64,000 nucleotides of DNA from Lama guanicoe (GCA_013239625.1 MU056050.1:4264084-4328083); one strand, 5' to 3'; shown: positions 1 through 14,150, counted from the first letter of the stretch. The notes: generated by a model not told the origin, from the letters alone. Translations and numbers: made by a program.

Positions 1-615
1 CTTATTTGGGAAGTTAGAACAATTACAAGCTAAACATGTGGGATTATATCCAGATCTGAAAAAATAAATTCTAAGACAGAGCAATGGGGGTAGATTTGAC
101 CAAAGTCAAATACTGTCTCCTTTCTAAGGTCTATCATGCATCCTCCTTCCTAGCCATTATTCAGGTCTTTATTATATTGTCACTGTCTGCTTACCTGTAT
201 TTTTCTTCCCTATTACCTTCATGAGCTTTTGGAAGGGAAAGAGCTTACCTTAATGATATTGGTACCACTGTGTCATCATCTAGAACAATGCATTTGTTCC
301 AGAGCCCAGACAAATGACAGATAATATATTTTTTTAAATAATGTGACTTAACTGCATCATGTAGTGAACTGGGAAAAAAACAAAGGGTGGAATAATAAGA
401 AGGAAATTCTAAAATAAAATGGATATAGAGAATTTCAAATTCCATAAAGAATGTAATGACCTCAGGGTTCTTTAAAACTCAGGTCCCTTGAAATATCAGC
501 TCGTCTGAGATTTTGTCTTTCCTCAATTTGTATCAAAAGCTGACTGATTCATTGAAGAACAAATCTACCTATAATACGTTTTGTCAGCTGTAGAACTCAT
601 ATTCTCAATAACCGC

Positions 616-1170
616 TGTGAGGACCCACTTGGAACCCCAGAGTTGGTATGAAGGTTATATTACACTAAAGACATTTGAGAATCAACAGATATAGAAAGAA
701 GCCTTTCAAAACTTTTCTTATCTGACTAAAACAGACATTTATGGGAAATGAGACTGCCATAAATTCCCTTTTGGGGGAATGGTCTACTCCAAGGAGAGAG
801 AACAAGAGTAAACCTACCATAAATCCCCTCTTGGGGGAGTTTCAAGAAAAAATCAGAAAGGCCACTTGCACCTGCACAAACAAACATTTTTACAAACTTT
901 CTTATCTCCCATTTGCTCTCCTAAAAGCTAGTCTTTCCTAGAGAAACTATTTGTTCTTCCCTTCAAAGAGACACCTTTTCTTTCCCCTCCTTTTTGCCTA
1001 CTAAGGTAAGTATATAAGCCTTTAACTTTAGTGATTTAACAAGCTAGCTACTTCTTTTGTTAGCTACCATATGCATAGGAATGAACCTTTTCTTTTTACT
1101 TGTTAATCTATCTTTTGTTGATTTAATTACCAAGCCCCAAGACATTAAAGTTTAGGAGGCAGAGTAGAAC
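616..1170 (+). mobile_element. ERV1-class solo LTR, MER34/MER39-like
   Basis: Starts TGT at 616. Opening 'gttggtatgaaggttatattacactaaagacatttgagaatcaacagat' resembles the MER34/MER39 5' region. Has an internal direct repeat (ccataaattcccttttggggga / ccataaatcccctcttggggga), TATATAA near 1011 and a U5-like 'ctgttaatctatcttttgttgatttaatt'. Family from memory; 3' end approximate. Confidence 0.6.
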
Positions 1171-3489
1171 ATCACTGGTTTGTAGGACATGTGGGTAGTC
1201 GAACAGTCACATGGTGATAGTGAGATAACACACAAAGGTAATCAAAGTGGCCACTGAAATATTACAAAATCTCAGTCATGTTAATTTCTTATTTCCTGAA
1301 ATATTTAAGTAATGTACTCCATGTAGGAGAGGCTGACTTTGGTCATCAAATTTTGTATTGGGAACAATTTTGAAGACATAGGTAATTGTGCTGTGAATAT
1401 GATTGAGTGAATGTAAATTCATATTCCGATTGACACCGAGAAGCTGCCTTTTACCAGCTTTTCAACCCAACGTTTACTGACTTGAATTTTGTGAAGCCCA
1501 GAATACCGTTGTATAAGTCAGATCATGTTAGTGAAAGCACTAGTCCCTAGAGTAAGAGAAATTGGCACTTTGGAGGGAATGTGAACAAGTTAGAGCCAAC
1601 CATATTTTGTTTAGTAAGTATTGCTCTAGCTATTCCATTGCACTGAAGAATGGTCTTATACATGGAAGTTTCCCACTAGAAGTTTACTACTAAGTAGAAA
1701 GAAACTCAGTAAGTAGAATAATCTTCCCTGGATCTCTTGGTGATTTTGTTAAAAGTATTATAACTGTTGCTGTCACTTCTAGACTGAAGCTGATATTACA
1801 CATTGGCAGATTGTTAAGTTTAATTACTGTTCACAGAATGATTGAAAATGAGGAAATGCTAATTATATGAGTGAACCTTATAGTTTTCAGGTTACTATTT
1901 ATTATATTAGGTTTGGTGTAATGTCTCAGATGATACTGGAGGCAGGTTAGAAAATTAACTGAGCTCATTATGAGATGTAATTGATTTGTGTCAGTAAACT
2001 GAGAGAACTTTGACCTTCCAGCAAAATCTCATCCAAGCAGTTTGCCAGAAGGATGTAATTTGATAGGCAGCTCTAAGTCACTAGAAGACAAGTTAAAAAA
2101 ATAAAAAAAGTATAGCATCCATGCAAATGTTCTTAGGCTGATGATATCCTGAGGCTGGGAAACCGTTTCTGCCATCTTGATTCTTTTCACTTCTTCAGCA
2201 GGCATTTTATGACTCACTTACATTTATTTGAATTGCATTTAGATCCTCTAATGGTTTCACAAATCTAAAGTTACTGTTTTAAAGAAGCCTCTTTTCCCAC
2301 TTACCTCTATGACAGATTGTACTCTGAGAACAATTATGTTGGGAAAAATGCATTTAAAAGTATTCAGAATTTTAAAACCAAACAACAAAAAACTTTACCT
2401 GAAGCCTTACTACCTTTTCCATGTAATCCTTTAATCAGCCTTGAATAATTCCATATTTAGTTCTATGCAACATTTGAGGGTAGTTTAATACTTTAATTAG
2501 CTATTTACATATGGAAAAAATTACAGAAGTAATTAAGGATATTCAGATTAATTAAAAGCATTAGGAGGTATTAAATGTGAGAAAACAGATTTTTTAATTA
2601 AATCTTTCAAGTTTTTCTTTCAAAATCTTCTGTACTTAAAAAAAAGTAGTAGCAGTTTTATCTGAATCAGTTATACAAGAAATAGCAAGAGTCGCATATT
2701 AGACATTTTTTAAGTGAGCTGATTATAATCTTTTGGATTCATCTAAAGTTTTGTTTCACTCCTCACTTATTAAAAATGTTTTAGTGAGATAAGCCTTCAT
2801 TGCTATTAATAAATGTTTTACCAGCAACAGAAGAAGTCAGAGGCCCAAAGGTTTAGCTTGAAAATCTCCCAAGGAGAAATAGCTGCAGGAAGGATGGTAC
2901 TGAGTAAGTTGATCATAGTGTTCTTTTTGTAGTGAAATTGGTGAATCCCATCTATGCAGCAGTGAGAAGAAGACAGGAGACTGGAGTACTAAACTTTGGA
3001 GGTAGCTGCCAGATGTTAATAGAAAAGCCATAGTAGTAAGTCAAAGTAAGTCAGTTTAGATGAAGAAGGGAAAAGTTCATTCCCTTCCGAGTAAGATGAG
3101 GCTGATGGAAAAGGTTGATAGGACTAGTGAAGTAAATGACTAAGCTTACAGTCTTCACAGCTTCCTAGACTGCAAGTGTAGGTGATGAGGGAGCTGTGAA
3201 CTGAATTTAAAATGCCAACATTTTTTTTTCCTTTCTATCATTAAACAGAAATTTGGAGTATACTGCCTTTACGAAAACAGAAACAAAAGCAAAACCATCT
3301 TTGTTTAGAGAAGACATCCAAGAGGATTTGGGAGATGAACATGGTCCCATGAAAAGGACTACTCTGTCGCATCTGTTGCTTTCAGAAAAAGCTGAATGTT
3401 AGCGGTAGATAGTGACTCATAATCAACCCTTCTCTCATTGCACTATTTAACAAATTTCATTAATATTCTTCAGAGACATGAGATTTAAA

Positions 3490-3830
3490 TGTTGCCTAAT
3501 ATTCCACAGTACGAATATACCATAATTTACTTAACCATTTCACTATTATTGGACATTTACGTTCTTTTACATATCACTGTGATAAACAGTTTTATTCGCC
3601 CATCTTTGCCCACATCTCTGAAAATTTAGTTAAGGTTGATTTTTAAAGCTTTAGATGCTAGACAAAGGCAGGGAATGCTTTAAAATTCTTGAAGGTTTAC
3701 TAAGTTACATTTTCACTAACATAGCACAAAAGTGCTCATCACTTTGAGCAAAATACGGTATATTACACTTTTTCATTATTCTTAATTTGATAGACAAAAA
3801 GTTATTTCTATTTGTATTTATCTGATGTTC
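3490..3830 (-). mobile_element. Old L1M/L1ME ORF2-3' fragment
   Basis: 'taatattccacagtacgaatataccataatttacttaaccatttcactattattggacattt' is the typical degraded antisense L1ME sequence. Confidence 0.55.
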
Positions 3831-4089
3831 GAGAAGTAACAGATAGGATGTAAAATAGAAAAGGATAAAATGGAGGACAAATGTGCATATTTTGGTTTAG
3901 CTGTGTATATTCATCATTGATTTATCATGTATGTATTTATCTTCTATATCACTTTTTTGAATCTTAAATCAGTATGTGTGAATCATACTATGTTAGAGTC
4001 TTTAAGAAACTCATAGTGAATTTGTAGAAATAGCTATGTAAATAAATAAACATAGCTTATTGAGATAACTGCCAAAAAATATGTAGAAA

Positions 4090-4380
4090 GTTCTTTGGGA
4101 AGGAAAAAAATACCTGGGGCCAGATGATGGAGAGACTAGGCTTCACAGAAATAGTAGCATTTGAATTTAATTTTGGTGACTGACTTTGCTTGATGTACAA
4201 GTGCAGAACTGGAAGAATGTTTCAGAATAAAGAGAATGTATAAATTCAGGAAGTATGAAGAAAATGATGTGTTCACAGAACTGCAAAGAAATCAGTATGA
4301 TTAGAGTATAGAGTTCATTTTGGTGAGTGAGAGGTAATGAATTTAGAAAAGTGAATTGTGATCAGATAGTGAAGGATCAG
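4090..4380 (-). mobile_element. L2 fragment
   Basis: Purine-rich antisense L2 pattern 'aggcttcacagaaatagtagcatttgaa...gaactgcaaagaaatcagtatgattagagtatagag...gatcagatagtgaagg'. Confidence 0.5.
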
Positions 4381-4499
4381 TCTCTTAAACTCTGACCCTC
4401 AACATAACATTTAACTACAGAAAGTGTTTCTACTATACATTTCCACAGCATCATGAAGTCTATTCTCATAACATTTAACCATATTTACATTAATAATTT

Positions 4500-4630
4500 T
4501 ACATTAATAATTACATAGTAGTTTTGCTGTCTTTATACTCTGACATCCATGATGGCAGGGAGTATATCTGTCCTTTATAGCTCTAGTTCCTAGCACAGTG
4601 CCTGTGTGAATAAATGAATGAATGAATGAA
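4500..4630 (+). mobile_element. L2 3' end with (TGAA)n tail
   Basis: 'ccatgatggcagggagtatatctgtc...ttcctagcacagtgcctgtgtgaataaatgaatgaatgaatgaa' is the canonical L2 terminus. Confidence 0.7.
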
Positions 4631-4709
4631 CCTTATAATGTAGGCATCAAGGATTTATTGAAGCAAGGATTAATTAAAGAAAATAAATAACTATATATAA
4701 AATTAATTA

Positions 4710-4752
<43 letters not shown>

Positions 4753-4753
4753 A
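4710..4753 (+). repeat. (TAAA)n microsatellite
   Basis: Perfect TAAA tandem array read directly. Confidence 0.95.
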
Positions 4754-4765
4754 TTTATATAACAT

Positions 4766-5234
4766 TATGGTAGGTTGAAGATTGGCTGCCAAAAAAATAT
4801 GTCTAAGTCCTAACCCCACCACCCACCCCCACACCAGTGAATGTGACTGGAAATATATTATTTGGAAATAGGGTCTTTGCAGATGCACTTAAGGGTCTCA
4901 TGACGAGATCCTACTAGATATAGTGTGGGCCCTAAATCCAAAGACAGGTGCCCTTATAATAGAGAAGAGAGAGGCATTTGAGACGCAGATACACAGGGAA
5001 GGCCATTTGAAGATGGAGGCAAAAATTAGTTATGCTGCCGCTAACCAAGGAATGCCTGGAGGCACCAGAGGCTGGGTGAAGCAAAAGAGTATCCTTCCTT
5101 AAAACCTCCAGAGAAAGCATGACCCTGACAACACATTGATTTTGCTCTTCTGGCCTCTAGAAATGTAAGAGAATAAATTTCTGTTGTTTAAAACTACCCA
5201 GTTTGTGTTACAGCAGCCCTAGGAAACTAATATA
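4766..5234 (+). mobile_element. MaLR solo LTR, MLT1B/MLT1C-like, near complete
   Basis: Contains 'gaatgtgac...atttggaaatagggtctttgcagatg', 'gggccctaaatcca', 'gagaataaatttctgttgttt' and terminal 'ttacagcagccctaggaaactaatata'. Confidence 0.9.
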
Positions 5235-5699
5235 TAGCATTACACATTATATATCTGTATTCATCAATTACATATGTTTAATCATTAGTAGAAAAGTGAG
5301 GAATAGAATAAAAAAGGAAGGGCTGAAGGTAGGACAAGAATTAAGGGGGGCATTTATTTTAATGAACCAGGTTAGAAATGATAGAAGACTGAAAAAACTC
5401 TAGCAAGGGAATATATCTTATATAGTCAGGAGATAAAATAGTATTAGATTTCAGAGGTAATAAGTAACTAAGAGAAGATAAAGATGAGTCCTAGATTTTT
5501 AACACAAGCATTCAGTTGATTGGTGATTTTATTAACAGAAGTAAAGAATGGAAGAACAATCATGGATTTGGTTGATCTGGACCTTAAATGAGGTGTTCAT
5601 TGTCATGTGTAGCCAGGGAAATACCCTCTCCCTTATCTTAGTGGTCAGTAATTATTTATACAGAGATTTCATGGTAAGTCTTTCATTCTTTGCCTAGAG

Positions 5700-6338
5700 A
5701 TTCTGTGTGCATGTTATTGTACACTTCTAATAATCAGCCAGGAAGTTGACAAGTGCTCCTTAGCCCTTACTTCCTGTTTGTACAGAGTCTCACTGTGGTT
5801 AACCTGTTCCGTGTCTCAACTGTTACCTACTTCTTCAAGCAGCCATGAATTTAATCAATTGCCTGTACTTATTTTTGACAAACATCCCTTGGGAAAAGTC
5901 TTTTTATTCCTGGTGACCTCCAGGTCAGGTCAAAGAAGACAACCTTGCAAGTATGGTCACCAGGAAAATACCAGACAAGTCAACGTGAATTCTTTGGGAA
6001 TGAGGATCTGAAGAAGTTCCAACTCCATTCAGTTCCTTCTGGCGACTGCAAAGCTTTAGGTTTTATGGTGATTTCATGGTGAATGTGGGCTGTTGGTTCT
6101 CATAGTTATTGAAAATCTGGAGATGGAGATCGGAATATGGCAAATTAAAATGCCACAAAACTTAACTGCTCTTGCTGAGGTTTATCCCTTTTCCTTGAAT
6201 AACCTCTTCCCAAATTGCTGCAAACCTTTGGTCAATTTCCAGATTTCTAAAAACAGTTATTTCCTATCATTTTTGCCAGTTTTTCTATTGCCTTTAGGGA
6301 GGAGGGGATTTTAGAAGGTCCCTACTGTGCCATTTTTG
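5700..6338 (-). mobile_element. L1MD-type 5' UTR fragment
   Basis: Reverse strand begins 'aaaatggcacagtagggaccttctaaaatcccctcctccctaaaggcaatagaaaaactggcaaaaatg...ctggaaattgaccaaaggtttgcagcaat', matching the L1MD 5' end. A homologous copy lies at ~61.4-61.87 kb. Confidence 0.75.
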
Positions 6339-9300
6339 CAGATACTACTCTATGCTGGTTTTCATCCCTTATTTACATTTGATTAGATTTTTATATTAAT
6401 TACAACAGATCTCAATTATTGGTTTCATTTTTATTTTTACATGTGTACTTAGGTAATATGGTGTTAAATAGTATGGCCAAAGATTTTCAAGGACAAAGTG
6501 TCTTTAGTGAAAAAGGGTTCAGAGAGTAAAGATCTCTTTAGTCTACTTCAGCAGTGACCTTGCTCCCTATTCAGACCATCATTATGTATATATGTCAAGA
6601 TCAATCTTTAAAATTGCTTTTTATTTTACAACCTCTGAAAGTTTCTTGATTGTATATAGTAGCAGTTGAGTGACATTTTAGCTATTGTTCTTATTAAATA
6701 TATCAAAGAAATCCTCACAGTAGTTTTTCTTTTGAACAAAAAAATCCAATCTTCCTCACTCCCTCTAAAAGAATTCTATCACTGGATAAAAGAATTACTA
6801 AGATTACTAGGAGGGCAAAATCATAGAATAACTGTAACAAGAAACAATAAAAGAGAAGAAATATCTCATGTCAACACTATACAAAAAGACAAGTTAGAAT
6901 TACTCTTTTTTTTTAACATAGTTGTATCTTCTGTAATAAAAAACACGGTTCTATAGAGAATAATAGATTTTCTAATGAGTTTTCATCTCTTAGGAAAATA
7001 AATAAATAAATAAGTTAATCAACATCAGGTGACTGAAATTAAGGCAAACAATTTACTGTTAATTATTTCTGTGTTGGATAATCCATACAAGGTCTCACTT
7101 TCCTTGTATTTCTCTTCCATATCTCTCATTGTTCTCTTGAATTACTGACACTAGGGAGGAAACCTCTGGGTGGAATGCCTAAATATGATATTCAAACAAC
7201 ATCCTAAAGTCAAATATAATTGATTTGAGATTAGCTTTACTCTATAATACTATGCGATTTACTTTTCATTGGAATGTTTATACATTTTGTATATAAAGGC
7301 AAAAAATTATTTCCTCAACAATATTTTATTATTAAACTTCTATATTTATACTTAATATTATTCAGCTAGTTTTAAAATCATAGGTATTTCCCCATGAAAG
7401 GCACAGTTCATATGAAATCCACATATCTTTCACCCTGTCTCTATCAGTCAATACTTCAACTTTTCTCCAGTCATTCCTTCTCCCTGCTTGCTTTAATATA
7501 AACTTAACCCTCTCCAGAAGATGCCACTTCTCTAGCATTCTTGTCAAATGGTAGATTCTTTCAAGTCCCATGTATTTTAAGTTAAGAGGTAATATCTTAC
7601 TTCCTCCACTTTGAAATAATTATTACCATCTTATCTTACCTTGTTGTTCAATAATTATCTTACCCTCTTTCTTGAAGCAAGTAAAACAAAAGTCACATAA
7701 AACAATTTCGCTGAGGATGTATCCTCCTTAAAGATCTGGATGTTTGCTGAGATTTTCAGTTCAGCACTACCCCACCCTGTACAAGTCTACAGTCTAATTT
7801 TTCAGTTTTGATAGAATTGGCCATTTATCCCTGAAGCTCCAGCTTCCTGATATGGGCAGCCCATATTTCACTTACCACACTTGTTTCAACTCCCCATTTA
7901 ATTTTTGTGGCCTTGGGCATTTCTCTTTCTTGAGAGATCACCAACATACTTAAAAGTACAGTTTTTATACTTTAAACAACATCTATGTGTTTCACACTAG
8001 AGCTTTCCTTTTTGTCCTTCAGAATATCTAATTCACTGTTCCATGGTAAGCATAAAGAATTTTATTTGTGTTTTGAATTTAATACACTCATGTACTGTCT
8101 GAATTCTTTTTGTATTTTGTGCCCAGGTTTATTTTATAATACATACATGCATACATATATATATTATTACATATAATGGAAAGCAATCTACTTTATTTCA
8201 CAAAGATTTCATGATTCTGATATCAAAATCTTAATACAGTGCTACACCTGCTCCAGATGAAAGCATGTATGTTCACAAACATGCACATACTCCAGAAAAA
8301 AACTCAGATTATTTATTGATGGCAGACTAGATACATTCTTCTTAAAACAGAAACAAAATATATCTGCTATTATAATTATTTTACAATGTTTCCAGATACT
8401 ATTACAAGACATTTAGACTTCTAGAGATGATGTAAATATATCAGAATTTTAATTTTGGCTGTTTAACTTGAAAATAAACCTTGATTCAATTGGCTTAATT
8501 TATCCTTGCTATTTGTTGATTTAACATTGCCATTACTTTAATGCTAACTACACCGCAGACCTGTTATATATTTCTCTGTCTTAGCCATTAACTTCAGTAA
8601 GTATGGTATACTCATTTTCCAGTCTTTGTTACCGTGATGGAAGAAAACCTTAGTGGCTTGACACTGAGGGTTACTATATTAGAATTGATGCTTGAATGAC
8701 TCAATTGAATTATAGAAAATATTTCCACATCAAGTAAGACAGATTATGGTATGTGAATTTGATTTCACTTCAAGAATGATGTTCTTCAATATATATGCTA
8801 TTGCTGAATTTTAATTTATACAATTTTCATTAAAATTCTTGCTTGCTTATTTCATGTCCCTGGTGCCTAGAACTGCCACTTCAAGGAATGTTAAAGGAAT
8901 TAAGGTTGTTTAGTTTACAGAATGAAGGGATAAAGATGGATTAGATTACTATCCCTAATATCATAAGAAGCCTCTAAGGAAAGAATATTAAAGAATAATG
9001 TGCATGTGTTATTAAACAGGAAAAGATTCACTTAAGTGGAGATAAGAAATATGATTTTTAGAGAAACAGAAAAGATTGGTAAAATACTGAAATTCATTAT
9101 GTGCTTCTTGAGATCTGCAAGACAATAGACAATCATCCATCCTGAATGGTTTAGCCTGAAGAAAGAGGGATTAGGCCAGATAATGCCACAGTTTATCTCT
9201 CTCATTTTATAAATTCTTCCATGACTGATCTCATCAATAGGTAATGCTGGCAGTCGGAAAAGGCCCTTTTGGCATCTGCTGGAATTTGTTAGCTTGGTAA

Positions 9301-10603
9301 GAAATGTTTTCACTTTCTCTAAGCATGGGTAATTCTAATTCACTAAGAATGAAAGAACAAATCTTCCTCATGGGAAGAAGGGTATTTCATTCTCCTTTCT
9401 CCCTCCACCCCCAGGGGTATTATTTCTAACAGTTTCAGCATTAAACTGGATTAGCAATGAAACAACTCTCTGACCTTTGTTGGACATTTGACCTACACTG
9501 GTATCACCAGTGATGTATACATGAAATAAATCTACACCACAAGCTTACAGAATTCTGCTCTGTCGAGAATGTGCCCCAGATGTTGGATGATAAAATCATT
9601 GTTCACTAATACACAGAATAGGCCAAAGGCTAACATGTCTATATGCTAAATTGGCCATAGTTCAAAAGTATGTTCCACACAATGCAATGCCTTTGCTCCC
9701 TACCTCTATGTTGCATCCCCTTAGTTCTGTAGCTGAAAAAACGCTCTATTTAAAAACATTTTGATACTGAGATAAGCTAAACGAATGTTTATGGGCAAAA
9801 ACTCTGGTCAACACACATTTTATTATACCATAAAAATTGTCCATAGAACATGACTTTTCTGACATATTCTAATATTATACTTTTGCTTTTTTTTGTATTT
9901 TTATGATTTAGTTTTTTTGTTTTTAAATATTTTTGGTATCTCTGACCAGTACAATTCATATTATCCACAAATTCAATTTTTAATGCATGTATTTTAGTCT
10001 GGTGTCTAAAAAGCATTCTTAAAAGGCACACTGACATATTAAGGCATGCCAACCTAGATTTTGTACAGAAAATTGATAAGTTTTAATTGTGCACAATAAG
10101 ATGGTGTTAATAGATTTGCATGAATGAAATATTGAGCTGGTCAAATTAAAAGATCTGTGATCGGAGTATATAGGAAAGTGGTATTTAATCAAAAGAGTTT
10201 TAACCTTGCCGTCCTCACATCTTTCCACAATACACTGGGTCTGGCATATTGAAGTTAATATGATAAACAGATACATCCAATGACTAAATGTCCCATATAA
10301 ATGAACTAAGAGTAACAAGCTTTGGCTTTATAGATGTTCTTCTCTTTAAGAACAAACATTCAAAAATTAGAATTTATAAAATATATAAGTTGAGCAGTAA
10401 ATACATATGGATTTGCTGCAAAGCTCTTTTCCAATAGTGAAATGAATGTATATAAGGCATTGCTTAGAGATATGCTTTATAGCAAGCAGTTAAAATCAGT
10501 AGTTTGTTGAAGATTCTTCTGATATAAAATGAGGTCAACCAAAAGTCTAAAGTAGATCAAGGGAAATGAGATTTAATTTTTTCAAAAAGATAGGTTTCTC
10601 AGT

Positions 10604-10610
10604 ATGTGTG

Positions 10611-10654
<44 letters not shown>

Positions 10655-10688
10655 TATACACACACACACGTATATAATATATATATGT
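10604..10688. repeat. Compound (TG)/(TA)n/(CA)n microsatellite
   Basis: Read directly. Confidence 0.9.
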
Positions 10689-11216
10689 AGAAGGTTGTAC
10701 TTTATTCAGCAGCTACACATGTTGAGAATTTAGAACCATGTGAAATGGTATAAATTCAGGGAACTTTGTTAGCTTACTACTAATCATAGGAGGCAGGAAA
10801 CAGACCTTTTTGGAATGACATAACAAGTGAGGGAAGCAATAAGGTAAGAATGAGTAAGAGGAGCAACTGGGGATCTTAAGTCTTTTACCTTATTCAGTTT
10901 GCCCCTGGTGAAATGTTGACAGAGCACTGACAATTGACAGGCTTGGATATCCCACTTCCTGTCTCTGTTTCCTAGATCTACCGTTTTCTCACTGCTGCAA
11001 GGGTAATCTTTTCAAACATTACTCATATCAAATTACACTTGCATAAACATCTTACAGACGAACCTTACACTAAATTCCTCAGGCTTGCCTTAAATTTCCT
11101 CTTTATGTCATTATCTATTACCTCCATGTCTTTTGATTACAAATATAAGAAATGTAAATATATTGTACCCGGCCACATAAAACTCCCTCTTACATCATCA
11201 TGTTATTATCTGCCCC

Positions 11217-11637
11217 TATGTCATATTTGCTGTGGACATTTGGGTGTTTATCATCCTTGAACTTCCATGTTGATTAATTCCTTACGTCATGAATTTTAGT
11301 GGGAGAGAGAGCCCACCTCACACTATAGACACTGAAAACGAAAAAGATACCCACTTCTTCAACCTATCTTTTAGATACTGGATAGCCATTTGACCAGATT
11401 TTTCCACCCGCCTAAATTTTGAATTTGGTGTTACTGCCACTGCTTTTGTCACTCACAATAGAGTGCATTCTCCACTGTACCCTTGCTCCCTTTTTCCTAC
11501 TTATTGCCAAAACCTGATTTTTCCATCTTCCTTGTGATTGCATTGGCTACCAGACAGATTTCAATAAAATATGTTTTTTTCCTATACGGTTCTAAAACAG
11601 TTTTGGTTGCCTGCCATTAAGAACATTAACTAAATCA
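11217..11637 (+). mobile_element. ERVL solo LTR, LTR33-like
   Basis: 'catatttgctgtggacatttgggtg...gtgggagagagagcccacctcacactatagacactgaaaa...agatacccacttcttcaacct', AATAAA near 11563 and end 'ttgcctgccattaagaacattaactaaatca'. Confidence 0.7.
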
Positions 11638-11909
11638 TGTGTACCTGGTCTTATGGTTTGGTTTGGTTTGGTTTTTGAGGTTTCAACTATAAATCTTCAT
11701 TAAGATATGTTCAATAGCTTTCCCCTTCTAAAGTATGCATTTTTTTAACAAAGGAAATTATCTACAGTCCAGAACAGTAGTGTCGTAATTGCAAGGATTA
11801 AGGCATTTATATGAAAGTTTGTGAAGAAACTAATTTGAGGCAAAGGGGCATTTCCACATTACTTTCAAATCACAATTAGAGGTGGCTTACTTCCTGCATA
11901 GCCACTTCT

Positions 11910-12011
11910 TTTATTTTTTTTTTCTCCTGCCATTTGCAACAGAAACTTCTATTTTTTATTAAAGTATAGTCAGTTACAATATATCAGTTTCTGGTGTACA
12001 GCATAATGTCC
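11910..12011 (-). mobile_element. Very short 5'-truncated lineage-specific L1 3' end with two A-tails
   Basis: 'ttttttattaaagtatagtcagttacaatatatcagtttctggtgtacagc' is the antisense L1 3' terminus (homologous to 59990-60045). Candidate 17-bp TSD at 11893-11909 / 12012-12028. Confidence 0.7.
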
Positions 12012-13205
12012 CCTACACAGCTACTTCTAAACATATCAGCTGTCATAGCATCCAAAATACTTCACAGTTCTTGAAATTGATGTACGTCTTTTTGCTTAAG
12101 TGTGTATCTCACTTATTTTTAAGTTATAATAGATTAAGTCCTGAAAATAAGTTTAAAAACATAAATGGCCTACTCCTCAAATCAATGTATTGGAGGATAT
12201 TTTCTTTATTACGTTTTCTTATGGAATTGAAAAGGTCGTGATTATGCTATACATTCAATTTTATATGTTGTTCTTTTCTTTATTTAGTAGCAAATGCAAA
12301 CTATTTCTCAAGTAAAATTGCAAGTAGAAAGACAGAGAGCCAAAATTACTAATAATCCTCTCTGTTTTTGTTCACTGCAAGCGCTCTTAAATGTAATACT
12401 CAGGGTTTATTTGCCCTTAAGAGAGCAAACTAACTGAAGTAGTTTTCTAAGAAGAGCAAATAGAAAACTGGGTCAGAATCGTATTTCGTACAGCCCAGTA
12501 AAAGATGAGAAGTCCTAAGAGAAACATGACTGACTGCCCGTTGTTCCTGGGCTGGGACAATCCTACAGAATCAAGTGCTTTCTCGGCTATTTTCCACAGG
12601 GCAGTGAATTCTGCATCTGGGAGCATAAGGATTCAGAAATACTGTCATAGGATAGCAAGATTTAGGCCTTTTCATTCCCAAGAGATTATTTATGTTATAA
12701 ATAAGGACTGGAAGAGATCATGGGGTGTTCTCTAGTCTTTAGGACTGATACTATGCCATGAGAATTTTTGTGTGCATGCTAATTTGTAAACATTTCTATA
12801 ATTGTAGGAAGCCCATGTCTCAATGCCCTAATTCAGGAAAAATTATAATTGAATGTCTTGACTAACAGTCAATTTAGGCTTGAAAAAAGGAGGTAGGTTT
12901 TGTGAAAGGAGGGGAGCAGGGAGCAGACCACGCCCGTAATGACTGACCAGAGACAAATCACTTTTAGGATAAGACAGGAGACTGTTTTGATTATCTACTT
13001 GGACATTTGAAATAGTTAAACATATGGCAGAGAAACCTCATCATTGGAGGGCTGAGAAATAAGGGTGGATAATATCTGCTTGTTGTTTAATATTATCTTA
13101 AATAGGAAAAAAAGGACCTTTGTGAAAATCTCTTTTGACCAATTGCTATCTCTGACAGTTCTAAAATTCTCATTCCCTGCCTTATAAAAACGACTGTTTA
13201 GCATT

Positions 13206-13370
13206 GGTGAAATCCACGTGAAGTCTGGAGATTAGTTAATAGTAACGTACCATGGTTATGTTTATTAACATTAGAGAAACTTGGTGAAGATTATATGCCA
13301 ACCCTCTGTACTATTTTTAACATATTTCTGTAAATCTAAAAGTGTCAAAAATAAAACATTTATTTAAAAA
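13206..13370 (+). mobile_element. L1MC/L1MD 3' end fragment
   Basis: 'ggtgaaatccacgtgaagtctggagattagttaatagtaacgtacc...ctctgtactattttt...ttctgtaaatctaaaagtgtcaaaaataaaa'. Confidence 0.7.
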
Positions 13371-13511
13371 TTAGTAAGTTATAAAAAAATAATCTGTTTA
13401 TTTGGATCCAGCTGTGGAGGGATAAAAAGTCTCTTCCCCTGACATTTGGGCCAAGATTTCCTCTAAAATATCTTCTTAAATATTTACCTCAAAAGGCTTG
13501 AGATAGCTTTC

Positions 13512-13797
13512 ATTTTAATTTTTTTAACTTTATTGAGGGCTAATTGGCAAATGTAACTATATGTTTGAAGTATGCAGTGTAATGATTTGGTATACATAAA
13601 GATTGTGAAATGATTACCAAGGTCAAGAAAATGAGCACATCCATCACTGCGCATAAACTCTTTGTGTGTGTGGTCAGAATGCTTAAGATCTGCTCTCAGC
13701 AACTTTCCTGTGTACACCTTATTAATTACTATAGTCACCATGCTGTACATTAGAGACTCAGAGCTTAATTCTTCTAATTGAGAATTTTTAGCCTTTC
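13512..13797 (-). mobile_element. L1MA9-like 3' end
   Basis: T-run followed by 'actttattgagg...gattgtgaaatgattacca...cacatccatcac...ttaagatctgctctcagcaactttc...actatagtcaccatgctgtacattaga'. Confidence 0.85.
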
Positions 13798-13984
13798 TTA
13801 ATATTCCTAACTTCTGTCTAAAAATCTACTATGAATGTATCACTCTCATAATTATGCTTCTTGAAACTATTTGTGTCTTTAGCATGTGCCCTTTTTTGAA
13901 TAGTTAATTCTGCTTTATTTTTTATGTGTAAAATGCTGAAGTAATATTTAGTAAATGCCCATTAAATGTTTGGTATTAAAATAA

Positions 13985-14150
13985 TATCTCATTTAATTCC
14001 CAAACAGGTTATTGTAATTATTATAATTCTGTGGGTGAAGAGACTGAGATTCAGAGACAAAGTAACTTGCCCAGCGTCACACAGCAGATCAGTGTTGGAG
14101 TTAGGACTCTCACTCCACCCTATTTTACTCCAACCTCTGTATTCTCCTTA
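13985..14150 (-). mobile_element. MIR SINE
   Basis: Antisense MIR core 'gactgagattcagagacaaagtaacttgcccagcgtcacacagc'. Confidence 0.8.
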
